IMG/VR virus record: IMGVR_UViG_3300027956_000033
Location: 1 to 27,701 of that record
DNA: 27,701 nucleotides
Source of the DNA: a virus
Lineage: Duplodnaviria; Caudoviricetes
Strand: one strand, 5' to 3'
Shown: positions 1 to 8,433 of the stretch, in pieces
Layout of the letters: every line of letters starts with the position of its first letter
Numbering within the stretch: position 1 is the stretch's first letter
The notes under the pieces: model-generated
What the model was told of the DNA's origin: nothing
What the model saw: the letters and a program-made list of their open reading frames with translations, nothing else
Databases searched by the model: none
Translations under genes and position numbers: made by a program

Positions 1-2
1 TG

Positions 3-524
3 AGCGGCAACGTGCCCGAGGCGACGACGGCGCTAGGCGAGCCGCGCACGCCAGGGGCGACCGGTTTCGGCGCGCTGGTCGGTCGCTACGACATCGAGCG
101 CGACACGCCGACGCTCGAGGCGCTGCGGCTGGCCGACGTCAACGTGCCGCGCGAGACGCGCGTGCTGTCGACCGGTGGCGGCTACGGCGTGGAGCTCACC
201 GAGGCGGAGCGCGACACGCTGAAGCGCGCCCGCGGTCAGGCGATCATCGCGGAGGTCGCTAAGGAGCGGGCCCGACCGCGGACGGCGAGATCTGAGCGGG
301 TGCTGCGGACTGCCGATCCGGGATCGGCGGAGTACCGTGCGGCGCTCGAAGATTTTAACGCGGCGATGCAGGGGGCGGTCAGCGACGCCGCTCGATGGGC
401 GAACCAGGATTTCGAGAAGCAGCTTGGCAAGGCCGAGATCAAGCGTCGCGAAAAGCAGACCCGCGAGGTCGAACAGCGGTATCTCGGGACGCCGAGTCTG
501 CCAGTGGGGGAGCTCAATCCGTGA
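3..524 (+). CDS. 3' end of a probable large virion-associated protein (likely truncated by window edge)
   Basis: The frame of ORF 12..524 is open from position 3 with no upstream stop; helical, charged sequence; same strand as the following structural genes. Confidence 0.6.
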   Translation, partial: SGNVPEATTALGEPRTPGATGFGALVGRYDIERDTPTLEALRLADVNVPRETRVLSTGGGYGVELTEAERDTLKRARGQAIIAEVAKERARPRTARSERVLRTADPGSAEYRAALEDFNAAMQGAVSDAARWANQDFEKQLGKAEIKRREKQTREVEQRYLGTPSLPVGELNP

Positions 525-555
525 TGTGCAACACTAGCGCCGCAGGCGAACGCTA

Positions 556-2532
556 ATGGCCGATACCAAGCACTTCGCGAGCGCGCAGGCCGCGGTCGAA
601 GACATTGTTCCCGGCGCGCGTGTCATCGGCCAGATTCCGTTCTACGTCACCGAGCCGATCCCTGAGGCCGAGCGAACGCGCGACGGGCCGACGACACGCT
701 CGGTGCAGCGCGGCTACACCGTGTCGTACATCCGCCCCGACGGTCAGCCCGACGAGATCGTCGTCGGCCCGTCGTACGAGGCGAAGGAAGGCGAGCCGGC
801 GCCGACTGGCGCGACCGTCGTCTGGAATAACGAACCAGGAGCTCCGCTGCCGCCGGCGACGGTCATCCTGAAGGGGCCGAAGCAGGGTCCGTCAACGACT
901 ACGGCGACGGCATCGGCGCCAGAGGCGCTTCAGCGTCTCGACGCGCAGATGAAGCCGATCACGGACCCGAATCAGCCCGCGGTCTACGTGCGCGATCCCA
1001 AGGCGCCGGCCAGTACGCCGCCGTTCAAGCTCGATCCCGACGCCGTTACCAGCAACCCGTCGAAGTGGCAGATTCTGAAGCACCCGACGACGCAGGAACC
1101 GATGGCGTACGTCGACCCCGCCAACAACAAGGTGATGGCGACGATCGCGCCAACGCCGGACAAGAAGGCGACGGGCACGTACGAAAACGTCTACGACCCG
1201 AACGACCCGACCAAGAAACGCATCATCGGCATGGTCGACAAGGGTGACCCGTCGATCTACCGCGCCGTCACGCAAGACCCGAGTACGCAACGGCAAATCG
1301 TCACCACGCCGACCGCGGTCTACGCGATCAACCCCGACAACACCCACGTCAAGCTCTTCGACATTGACAAAAACTCGCCGTTCCAGGCGGTCATAGTCGA
1401 CGGCAAGCCCTTCCGTTTCGATCCGAATACGGGCGTCTTCACGCCAGGTCCGGTGAACGCGCACCCGGATATCAAGGATCAGAACGGTCTGACGATGGTC
1501 TGGACGGGCTCGGACGAAGACGGCAAGTACGCCTACCCGCCAGGAGTGAGCCCCGCCAAGACGATGACGGGTGCGGGGACCACGTCCAAGTACCTCATTT
1601 GGTACAACGCGCAAACTGGCGAAGAGATCAGTCGGACTGACAATCCGAATTACGAGCCGACGCCGCCGACGCTGCCGCAGGTCAACACAACGGCGCCGCA
1701 GATCCCGGTCGTAGACCCCGACAAGCCGGGGCAGATCAAGTGGATTCCGAACCCCGCGCGGGTGATGGCGCCGCAGGCGCTGACCGACCTGGCGGCGCAG
1801 CTTTCGGGCGTGGTGGCCGATCCGAGCAACCCGCTGACGCTCGAAGAGGCGAAGGCGATCATCGACGCCGCCAACGCGCAGATGACGGCTGCGACCAACG
1901 CCGCGACGACGGCAATGCAGACGACGCAGCAGGGCGCGGTGACCGGCGCGGGCATCCTGAACCAGCGAGCAGCGACCGCTCAGAACCTGGTGCAGCAGGG
2001 GCTCGGCATGGTGCAGGGCAACCGCGATATCACCATGCCGCTGCCCGGTATCGGCTCGCAGCTAACGCAGGGCGCAGCAGCGTTCGCGACCGAGCTCGGT
2101 GGAGGCCAGGAGGTTTACGACACCGCCGCGCGCCTGGTGAAGGCCGCGGACCCGCAGGGCGGTAACCCGATGATGTCCGCCGCGGCAGCGACGCTGACGC
2201 AGGTAATGAACCGCTACAAGCAGGCGACCGGCCAGGACCACCCACTGGTGCAGGCAACAAAGGCGGCAAAGCAGTCGCAGACCGCGAATGCGATGGTCGC
2301 GCCGGGTACGCCGGTGGTATCCCCCGCGGCGGTCGCGCCGACGGTCTTCCAGGCGCAGTTCGACCCGCGACTCAATCCCGCGGCGCCGCAGCAGCCCGCG
2401 GGGACGGTGCTGCCAGCAGGCGTAGCAGGCACGGTCGCTCCCGACGATCCGCGACGGCTGCGGCGAAGTCCGATGGATAGCTTCGTGGCGCCCGAAACGC
2501 TGCTCAGCCTACTTCAGGGGCAGGGAGGGTAA
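556..2532 (+). CDS. Putative internal virion/ejection protein, 658 aa
   Basis: Long ORF with GC3-rich codons; repeated short beta-hairpin-like units (YVDPANNKV, FRFDPNTGVF, WYNAQTGEEI, VVDPDKPGQI) followed by an A/Q/G-rich helical region; function inferred from composition and context. Confidence 0.55.
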   Translation: MADTKHFASAQAAVEDIVPGARVIGQIPFYVTEPIPEAERTRDGPTTRSVQRGYTVSYIRPDGQPDEIVVGPSYEAKEGEPAPTGATVVWNNEPGAPLPPATVILKGPKQGPSTTTATASAPEALQRLDAQMKPITDPNQPAVYVRDPKAPASTPPFKLDPDAVTSNPSKWQILKHPTTQEPMAYVDPANNKVMATIAPTPDKKATGTYENVYDPNDPTKKRIIGMVDKGDPSIYRAVTQDPSTQRQIVTTPTAVYAINPDNTHVKLFDIDKNSPFQAVIVDGKPFRFDPNTGVFTPGPVNAHPDIKDQNGLTMVWTGSDEDGKYAYPPGVSPAKTMTGAGTTSKYLIWYNAQTGEEISRTDNPNYEPTPPTLPQVNTTAPQIPVVDPDKPGQIKWIPNPARVMAPQALTDLAAQLSGVVADPSNPLTLEEAKAIIDAANAQMTAATNAATTAMQTTQQGAVTGAGILNQRAATAQNLVQQGLGMVQGNRDITMPLPGIGSQLTQGAAAFATELGGGQEVYDTAARLVKAADPQGGNPMMSAAAATLTQVMNRYKQATGQDHPLVQATKAAKQSQTANAMVAPGTPVVSPAAVAPTVFQAQFDPRLNPAAPQQPAGTVLPAGVAGTVAPDDPRRLRRSPMDSFVAPETLLSLLQGQGG

Positions 2533-2536
2533 GCGT

Positions 2537-3658
2537 ATGGGCGTCATGATCGACGGCGAGTGGCATGAAGAGCTCGCTGATCCCGGTGGCGGCTCGTACG
2601 GCAGTGCTGAGGAATACAACCAGGCGTCGGGTTCGACCGATTGGGGCGAGAACCTCAACACCACCGCGGGCGGCAGCAGTGGCGGCGACGCCATGTCGCA
2701 GATCAACCCGCAGGCGATCGGGCAGAACGAGTACGGCGACGATATCTTTAACACGCCGAACGGCCAGAAGACCGGTACGCAGATCACCCAGGAGCTCGCG
2801 GCTGCTGGTTGGGACGGAGTAGGCGATCCGGTCCAGGTCTACAACCGCACGGCAAGCGGCGGCGCCGCTCCCACGCCCACCGCGGTCAAGGCCGCGACCA
2901 CGGCACTGAAGACCGGGTCGGGCGCCGAGCAGTACGGGTCCGCCATCGATCGCCTGTACGAGGCGATCATCTCGGGCAACGCGCAGCGCATCGCGGAAGA
3001 GATCCGCCAGTTCAACGCGACGTTCGGCCTGGACACGCGTAAGTTTGAGGAAGACGTCCGCCAGTTCAATCAGACGTTCGGCATCACCGAGGCGGGCCTG
3101 ACGGGCACGTACGGCGGTCAGCCCACGCTGCCGGCGCTGACCAGCTACGCGACGCAGTTCGGCCAGTGGGGCGTGCCGACCGCGGGTCAGGCAACGCTCG
3201 CGGCGCAGAACCAGGCGTATACGCAACAGATGGGCGCGATCAACGCCGCGGCGGCACTGCAGGCGAATCCTTTCAGGCAGCAGCAGGTGATCGGCCAGCT
3301 TGGCGGGCTGCTTGGCGGCGGCTCTGTAGCGGGCTTTCAGGCGCCCAACATCGTGCCCGGCGTCGGCACCGCGGGCGGCAATACGCGCGGCGGCATGGGT
3401 TACCTGCAGCAGTTGATCGATGACATCCGCGACCCGAGTGCCAACACCGCCAGCATGAACAGCATCCTGGACGCGACGCCGACGCCCAACAAGCTGAACA
3501 GCGTCGATTTCATGCGGGCGGCGCCGTCAACGCAGAGCATGGTCCTGCAGGCGATGCAGGAAAAGTACGGGCTGGACCCGGGTGATGCGGTCAAGCAGAT
3601 TCAGAACACGCTGCCGCAATTTCAGGCGCCGAGCACGCTCGGTGGGATTCGGAGGTAG
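2537..3658 (+). CDS. Putative internal virion/DNA pilot-like protein, 373 aa
   Basis: SD GGAGG upstream; G/Q/A-rich; tandem repeat EEIRQFNATFG / EEDVRQFNQTFG. Confidence 0.55.
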   Translation: MGVMIDGEWHEELADPGGGSYGSAEEYNQASGSTDWGENLNTTAGGSSGGDAMSQINPQAIGQNEYGDDIFNTPNGQKTGTQITQELAAAGWDGVGDPVQVYNRTASGGAAPTPTAVKAATTALKTGSGAEQYGSAIDRLYEAIISGNAQRIAEEIRQFNATFGLDTRKFEEDVRQFNQTFGITEAGLTGTYGGQPTLPALTSYATQFGQWGVPTAGQATLAAQNQAYTQQMGAINAAAALQANPFRQQQVIGQLGGLLGGGSVAGFQAPNIVPGVGTAGGNTRGGMGYLQQLIDDIRDPSANTASMNSILDATPTPNKLNSVDFMRAAPSTQSMVLQAMQEKYGLDPGDAVKQIQNTLPQFQAPSTLGGIRR

Positions 3659-3660
3659 GC

Positions 3661-3804
3661 ATGCCGCTGCTCGGTGGTAAGAAAGCTAAGACGAAGGCTG
3701 GAATCAGCCAAAACATCCGTACGGAGATGAAGGCGGGCAGGCCGCAAGATCAAGCGATTGCGATCGCCATGCGGAAGGCCGGCAAGCCCAAGCCGAAGAA
3801 GTGA
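3661..3804 (+). CDS. Small basic protein, 47 aa (MPLLGGKKAKTKAGISQNIRTEMKAGRPQDQAIAIAMRKAGKPKPKK)
   Basis: Missing from the ORF track; SD GGAGG upstream; resembles a widespread small phage protein type with an IS.NI..E...G.P..QA.AIA motif. Confidence 0.8.
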   Translation: MPLLGGKKAKTKAGISQNIRTEMKAGRPQDQAIAIAMRKAGKPKPKK

Positions 3805-3907
3805 CTCCTGGTCGACGCTACCGACGCTGGCGTAAGAGCTCGCACCTGCCGCTGCTCTGGCAGGCGTTTATCGGCTGCATCAACTTTGAGCGTCATCCGA
3901 CCTGGAG
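3805..3907 (+). promoter_or_regulatory. Structured intergenic leader predicted to sequester the scaffold-gene SD
   Basis: CTCCTGGTC(3805-3813)/GACCTGGAG(3899-3907), GACGCT(3814-3819)/AGCGTC(3889-3894), inner hairpin CCTGCC(3845-3850)/GGCAGG(3859-3864). Confidence 0.45.
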
Positions 3908-3916
3908 GTACGCGGC

Positions 3917-4807
3917 ATGACGATGGAAGACCGCGGCATCCATCCCGACCTGGTTGAAGAGACGCTCGCGGAGCAGGCCGCGCAGGAAAGCGCCGTGGGC
4001 GCGCAGCAGGAGGCTCCTGCGCGCGGACGACGCAACGGTCGCTCACGCGCGCCGCAGGCGCCTGAGCCCGCTCCTGATGCGCCTGCGGAGGCTTCTGACG
4101 GCGAAGCGCCAGAGGCGCCGGAATGGTGGACGGCGGCTAAGGCCGCAACAGACCCGAGTGAGGCGTTCAAGCTGCTGGCGAAGAACCTGCCGCGCGACGT
4201 CCTGGAGAAGGACGAAACGCTCAGCGGGCTGGTCGGCCACAAGGCGGACGCGCTGCTGCGGAAGCGCCAGCAGGACGCGATCGAGCAGCAGAAGCGCGAA
4301 GCCGCGCAGAACAACGATCTGTACACGCTTGGCGAGCTCACACAGCGCGAGCTCCAGGAGCGTGAGGCCGCTGCTCAGCAGCAACGTCAAGCCGCGGATG
4401 GCGGCTTCATGGACGGTGTCGTACTCTTCCAATCGCAATTGCCCGAAGAGATCCAGCGCACGGTCGCTGGTCGCGTCTTCGGGGAGGGAAAAGGTCAAGC
4501 CGCAGGGGTCGCTGAATATCTCCAGTTCCTGTCCGACGAACGGGTCAAGCTCAAGGAAGCGGAGCTCGAGCGCGAGTTCCAACGCCGCGAGTCTGCACTC
4601 AGGAAGTCGGTCTTGAGCGAGGTCAACGGCGACGAGCCAGTCCCCGAGCGCGAATCTGGAACCCCCGGTCGCGTCCGCGAAGTGACTGACGAACAAATCG
4701 AGGCGATGACCATCAAGGAATATGACGCCTTGTTCGACGAGAACGGGCGACCAAAACCGGGGGTCCGCCATCGAGCGACGCGAGGCATCCCCCTGACACA
4801 ACACTAG
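3917..4807 (+). CDS. Putative capsid scaffolding protein, 296 aa
   Basis: Directly upstream of the major capsid gene; acidic disordered N-terminus, coiled-coil E/Q/R-rich core, short C-terminal helix; SD GGAGG. Confidence 0.7.
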   Translation: MTMEDRGIHPDLVEETLAEQAAQESAVGAQQEAPARGRRNGRSRAPQAPEPAPDAPAEASDGEAPEAPEWWTAAKAATDPSEAFKLLAKNLPRDVLEKDETLSGLVGHKADALLRKRQQDAIEQQKREAAQNNDLYTLGELTQRELQEREAAAQQQRQAADGGFMDGVVLFQSQLPEEIQRTVAGRVFGEGKGQAAGVAEYLQFLSDERVKLKEAELEREFQRRESALRKSVLSEVNGDEPVPERESGTPGRVREVTDEQIEAMTIKEYDALFDENGRPKPGVRHRATRGIPLTQH

Positions 4808-4818
4808 GGGGTTAGCCA

Positions 4819-5673
4819 GTGGCTACTGGTGCAACGGAATTTGTAGACAAGACGATCGCGGACGGCGTCTTCAGCCCGGATATCTGGAGCAAGCAGGTAC
4901 TCCGCGCGACCGAGTCGAACCTGGTCATCGCCAAGCTCGTTAACCGCGGCTTCGAGGCGGACGCGACCGTCGGCAAGGCGGTCAAGGTCGCGTCGATCGG
5001 CAACCTGGCCGCGCGGGCGAAGGCGGAGAACACCGCCATCACCTACGAGACGGTCGCTGAGAACACAACGACCATCACCTTGAATTTGTGGAGTTACGCT
5101 GCGCTCGGCATTGAGGACATCGTCAAGGTGCAGGCCGCGGTTGACGTGCAGAACGAGTACCAGCGCAAGCTCGGGTACGCCGTCGCACGCGACATCGACA
5201 CCAAGCTGGCGGCGGACTTCGCTGGCTTCAGCCAGACTGTCGGCACGCTCGGCACCGCGGTGTCAGACGCCAACGTCCTGGCGGCGATCAAGCTGCTGGA
5301 CGACCAGGACGTGCCGCAGAACGAACGCTACTTTGTGATGACTCCGGCAGAAAAGGTGTCGAAGCTGGCGCTCGATCGCTGGAGCAACGCGTTGTATATC
5401 GGGGACCGCAACCTGCCGGCCAAGACGGGCGAGCTCGGCAACATGTACGGGCTCGATCTGTACGTGACGACCAACCTGGTCAAGCCCGCCGCGGGGCAAG
5501 CGCACAACGCGATCTTCCACCGCGACGCGATCGCGCTGGTGCAGCAGAGGTCGCCCAAGTCGCATCTCTTCTACGACATCGACGTGTTCACCTGGAAGAT
5601 GGCAGTGGAGACGATCTACGGCCACCAGGAGATGCGCGACAACTTCGGTGTCCTGGTTCTCGGCGCGAGCTAA
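4819..5673 (+). CDS. Major capsid protein (HK97 fold, P22-coat/N4-gp56-like), 284 aa
   Basis: Motifs FSPDIWSKQVL, GKAVKV, LGYAVARDID, LDDQDVP..RYFV, GELGNMYGLDLYVTTNL, FHRDAIAL, VETIYG are typical of this MCP class. Confidence 0.9.
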   Translation: MATGATEFVDKTIADGVFSPDIWSKQVLRATESNLVIAKLVNRGFEADATVGKAVKVASIGNLAARAKAENTAITYETVAENTTTITLNLWSYAALGIEDIVKVQAAVDVQNEYQRKLGYAVARDIDTKLAADFAGFSQTVGTLGTAVSDANVLAAIKLLDDQDVPQNERYFVMTPAEKVSKLALDRWSNALYIGDRNLPAKTGELGNMYGLDLYVTTNLVKPAAGQAHNAIFHRDAIALVQQRSPKSHLFYDIDVFTWKMAVETIYGHQEMRDNFGVLVLGAS

Positions 5674-5678
5674 CGGCC

Positions 5679-6251
5679 ATGCCAGAGACGATTACAGGCA
5701 ACGAGTTCCTGGACGGGCTGCTCGAGCGGACGCCGGTGGCGCCGTCTCAGCCGCGGCGGGGTCAGAACTACAACTACCCCGAGCGTCTGTACCTGCTGCC
5801 CGACGGGCGGGTGGAGTACCTCCAGGGCGACCCTCACAACCGCGCGTACTACGAGGACAAGGGCTATCACCTGATGTCCGACGCGCCCGGGCGTGACGGT
5901 CGCCCCTCAGAGGTCGATCAGTACCTGAAAGTTGAATATCCCAAGATCCTGGCCGAGCAGCGCGAGAAGGCGACGATCATCAACGCCATCCGCAAGGCGG
6001 GCGAGAAGGATCGCAACCTGAATTTCGAGGACGACTTCGACTCGCTGAGCCTGGAAGAGATGCGGGCCGAGCTCAAGCGCATCCAGGACGACTACGGCAA
6101 GCCGATCAGGATCTCGAAGTCGCGAGCGGCGACGCGCGCCGAAGAAAACCGCGATCGCATGCTGCAGGGCGTCGAGACGACCGAGCAGACGTCGATCGAA
6201 GCAGTCGAGGCGCGTCGCATGGCACGCCCTCCGCGAGGGAGTGCGACATGA
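5679..6251 (+). CDS. Hypothetical protein, 190 aa
   Basis: Follows the MCP; stop overlaps the next start (ATGA). Confidence 0.75.
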   Translation: MPETITGNEFLDGLLERTPVAPSQPRRGQNYNYPERLYLLPDGRVEYLQGDPHNRAYYEDKGYHLMSDAPGRDGRPSEVDQYLKVEYPKILAEQREKATIINAIRKAGEKDRNLNFEDDFDSLSLEEMRAELKRIQDDYGKPIRISKSRAATRAEENRDRMLQGVETTEQTSIEAVEARRMARPPRGSAT

Positions 6252-6922
6252 CCGAGCAGAACGAGGGCGCCGCGGCAACGGAGCGCCAGCGCGAGCAGTA
6301 CCGCCAGGATCGCGAGCGTCGGGACGAATGGGATAAGCAGCCGTTCCCCAAATCCCGCGAGCGGGAACGTGAGGCGAACGAACGCGCGTACTGGCGCGCC
6401 GTGGCGGAGATCCCGAATCCTGGGCCCGTCGAACCGTTGACCGAGCTCCAGGCGTTTCACGCTGAACAGACCGACCCGCCACCCGGCCCGTACCCCGATC
6501 CGCCGCTCGGGCCGTATCCCGACCCCGTCATCAAAGAGCGCCCATCGGAGGAAGCCGTTTATGGCAGCACAAGAAAACGACGAGAAGAACGACAAGGAGC
6601 AGCGGGAACGCGAGAAGTCCGACAAGGAGAGGGAAGCTCAGGAAGCGCGCGACGAGAAGGCGGAGAAAGCGGAGCAGCGGGCCGAGCAGCGGGCGGCGGA
6701 GCGGGAGAAGGACGAGAGTACGACGAGCCAAACTTCGACGGGTACGACGAGGACGTCCGAGAACGGGCCGAAGGCGCCCCAAGCGCAGCCGCCCCCGAGC
6801 GGCAATCTGCCAACGTCCGAAAGCCATCCAACGCAAGGTCATCCAACGTTTCCCGGGCCGCAGCCGCCGAGCACAAAGCCGACGGCGGCAACGACAAGCG
6901 GGCAGCAGACCGCGGCGCCTGA
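6248..6922 (+). CDS. Hypothetical charged/Pro-rich protein, 224 aa; 3' half overlaps the next gene
   Basis: SD GAGGGAG, ATGA coupling; GPYPDP repeat. Confidence 0.55.
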   Translation: MTEQNEGAAATERQREQYRQDRERRDEWDKQPFPKSREREREANERAYWRAVAEIPNPGPVEPLTELQAFHAEQTDPPPGPYPDPPLGPYPDPVIKERPSEEAVYGSTRKRREERQGAAGTREVRQGEGSSGSARREGGESGAAGRAAGGGAGEGREYDEPNFDGYDEDVRERAEGAPSAAAPERQSANVRKPSNARSSNVSRAAAAEHKADGGNDKRAADRGA

Positions 6923-7376
6923 CGAGAAGCTGGACCCCAAGAGCGGCGACATGCTGGTCGATCCGCGCCCGACGGCGCCGCCGATCATGCTCGGGGACGC
7001 CGATTACGTCTTTCCGCCCGCGGCGGCGAGTTCGGAGGAAGTCCTGGCGCTGGAGCCGAATCGGTACGAAGACGCCGTCGACGGCCCCGACGAGCAGATC
7101 GCGCAGACCACGTACGTTCACTGGACCCGCCCCGATGGCGGCGACTTCATCGCGCCTCTGAGCACCGTGGAGGTCTACGAGCGCAAGGGCTACAAGCGCG
7201 GGGAGGATGAAGAGATTCCTGATCTGGTGGCGTACATGGCCGAGAACGCCAAGAGCGACGAGCAGCGCGAGCGTGACAAGCGGTCGAAGGAACGCATCGA
7301 GCAGCATGATCGCGACCGTAGGGAGCTGCTGAAGCAACAGGACGATCGACGGCGGGAGCAGGCGCGTGCCGGTTGA
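6561..7376 (+). CDS. Hypothetical protein, 271 aa, with low-complexity N-terminus
   Basis: SD GGAGG upstream; globular-looking C-terminal part (YVHWTRPDGGDFIAPLSTVEVYERKGYKR). Confidence 0.75.
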   Translation: MAAQENDEKNDKEQREREKSDKEREAQEARDEKAEKAEQRAEQRAAEREKDESTTSQTSTGTTRTSENGPKAPQAQPPPSGNLPTSESHPTQGHPTFPGPQPPSTKPTAATTSGQQTAAPDEKLDPKSGDMLVDPRPTAPPIMLGDADYVFPPAAASSEEVLALEPNRYEDAVDGPDEQIAQTTYVHWTRPDGGDFIAPLSTVEVYERKGYKRGEDEEIPDLVAYMAENAKSDEQRERDKRSKERIEQHDRDRRELLKQQDDRRREQARAG

Positions 7377-7839
7377 CGGGACGTCGATCGAGTCGCAGAT
7401 CGGTGCCGCGCAGGGGCTGTGGACGCACACGCCCGTCGATTGGGCGGGTAACGAGGGTCCGGCGAAGCCGGGCTCCTGGCCCAACAATGCGATCGCCGGC
7501 CAGTTCAGCACGGCGACTGGCACTCGGCCTGGCAACCCGGGCGCACCGGGTAGTGCGACCGCGGCAGGCATTACTTTGGGGACGCCGACGGGCGTTACCA
7601 GCACAACGGCGACCATCAACTGGACGGTCGCCGCTGGTGCCGGCACGGTGTCGAATGTCGAGTGGGGGCTGACAACGAATTACGGAACATCTGGCGCCAA
7701 TCAGAACGGCGCTGGCGCGAAGACCACGCCGCTGACGGGTCTGACGCCATCGACCACGTACCACTACCGCATCAGAGCGACGCTCAACGCCGTGACGAAC
7801 TACACCGAAGACGACGTCTTCAGCACACCGGCGACCTAG
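7366..7839 (+). CDS. Fibronectin type III-like domain protein, probable virion decoration, 157 aa
   Basis: C-terminal FN3 pattern (VTSTTATINWT...VEWG.TTNYG...LTGLTPSTTYHYRIRA); GTG start with SD GGGAG. Confidence 0.75.
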   Translation: MPVDGTSIESQIGAAQGLWTHTPVDWAGNEGPAKPGSWPNNAIAGQFSTATGTRPGNPGAPGSATAAGITLGTPTGVTSTTATINWTVAAGAGTVSNVEWGLTTNYGTSGANQNGAGAKTTPLTGLTPSTTYHYRIRATLNAVTNYTEDDVFSTPAT

Positions 7840-7862
7840 CCGCCGAAAAAGGAGCGCCATCC

Positions 7863-8099
7863 ATGTCTCAGCCGAATCCACCACGCCCGCCGGGTCCGCC
7901 CGACCACCCGCACGGCGGACCACCAGGCCAGACCGGCGACCATCCGCAGGGCGGGCCACCGGGTCAGGAGAAGCCCCGCCCCGAACAGGATCTGCCTGAG
8001 TCGCCACCGCGCCCGGAGCAAACGCCAGGTCCGCAGCCGCCCGATCCGGGTGAGCTCGATGACGACGACCAGCCCGAGGCGCCCGAGCGACCGCGATGA
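7863..8099 (+). CDS. Pro-rich disordered protein, 78 aa
   Basis: SD AAGGAG before ATG 7863; repeat DHPHGGPPGQ / DHPQGGPPGQ. Confidence 0.65.
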   Translation: MSQPNPPRPPGPPDHPHGGPPGQTGDHPQGGPPGQEKPRPEQDLPESPPRPEQTPGPQPPDPGELDDDDQPEAPERPR

Positions 8100-8320
8100 G
8101 CGACGAGCGGACGCCGGACGTCATCGACGGCGCTCGGTTCCTGGGCATGTCGCGGGCCGAGGGCATGCATGAGCTCGGCATCAGCGACGAGCGGGCGTAC
8201 GCCAGGGCGTACCGCGACGTCGAGGCGGCGGTGAACGCTCGCGACAACCGTGAATCGCAGGGGGGCGTTCGTGCCCCCATCGTCATCAAGCGTGCAGGAC
8301 GGGAGGTTACCGATGCCTAA
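8096..8320 (+). CDS. Hypothetical protein, 74 aa
   Basis: ATGA coupling with the upstream gene. Confidence 0.65.
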   Translation: MSDERTPDVIDGARFLGMSRAEGMHELGISDERAYARAYRDVEAAVNARDNRESQGGVRAPIVIKRAGREVTDA

Positions 8321-8432
8321 GGTCGGCAAACAGATCTTCGCCTACGGTAAGAAGGGCGAGCAGCAGGCCGCGGCGACGGCACGGAGAACCGGCCAGAAGG
8401 TAACGGTTACGAAGGTCAAGAAGAGCAAGTAG
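8313..8432 (+). CDS. Small basic protein, 39 aa ([39 protein letters not shown])
   Basis: SD GGGAGG; resembles the MPKVG...F.Y...G type of small phage proteins. Confidence 0.7.
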   Translation: MPKVGKQIFAYGKKGEQQAAATARRTGQKVTVTKVKKSK

Positions 8433-8433
8433 G

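Noticed and set aside
535-555. Small hairpin (TAGCGCC-GCA-GGCGAACGCTA) before ATG 556
   Set aside because: Short and plausible by chance at this GC content; no supporting promoter or T-tract
5660-5680. Capsid C-terminal frameshift or read-through extension as in T7 10B
   Set aside because: No slippery sequence; TAA stop followed closely by a separate ATG
7828-7850. CGGCG-N7-CGCCG hairpin followed by AAAAA
   Set aside because: The A-tract is on the wrong side for a terminator on either strand and merges into the SD AAGGAG
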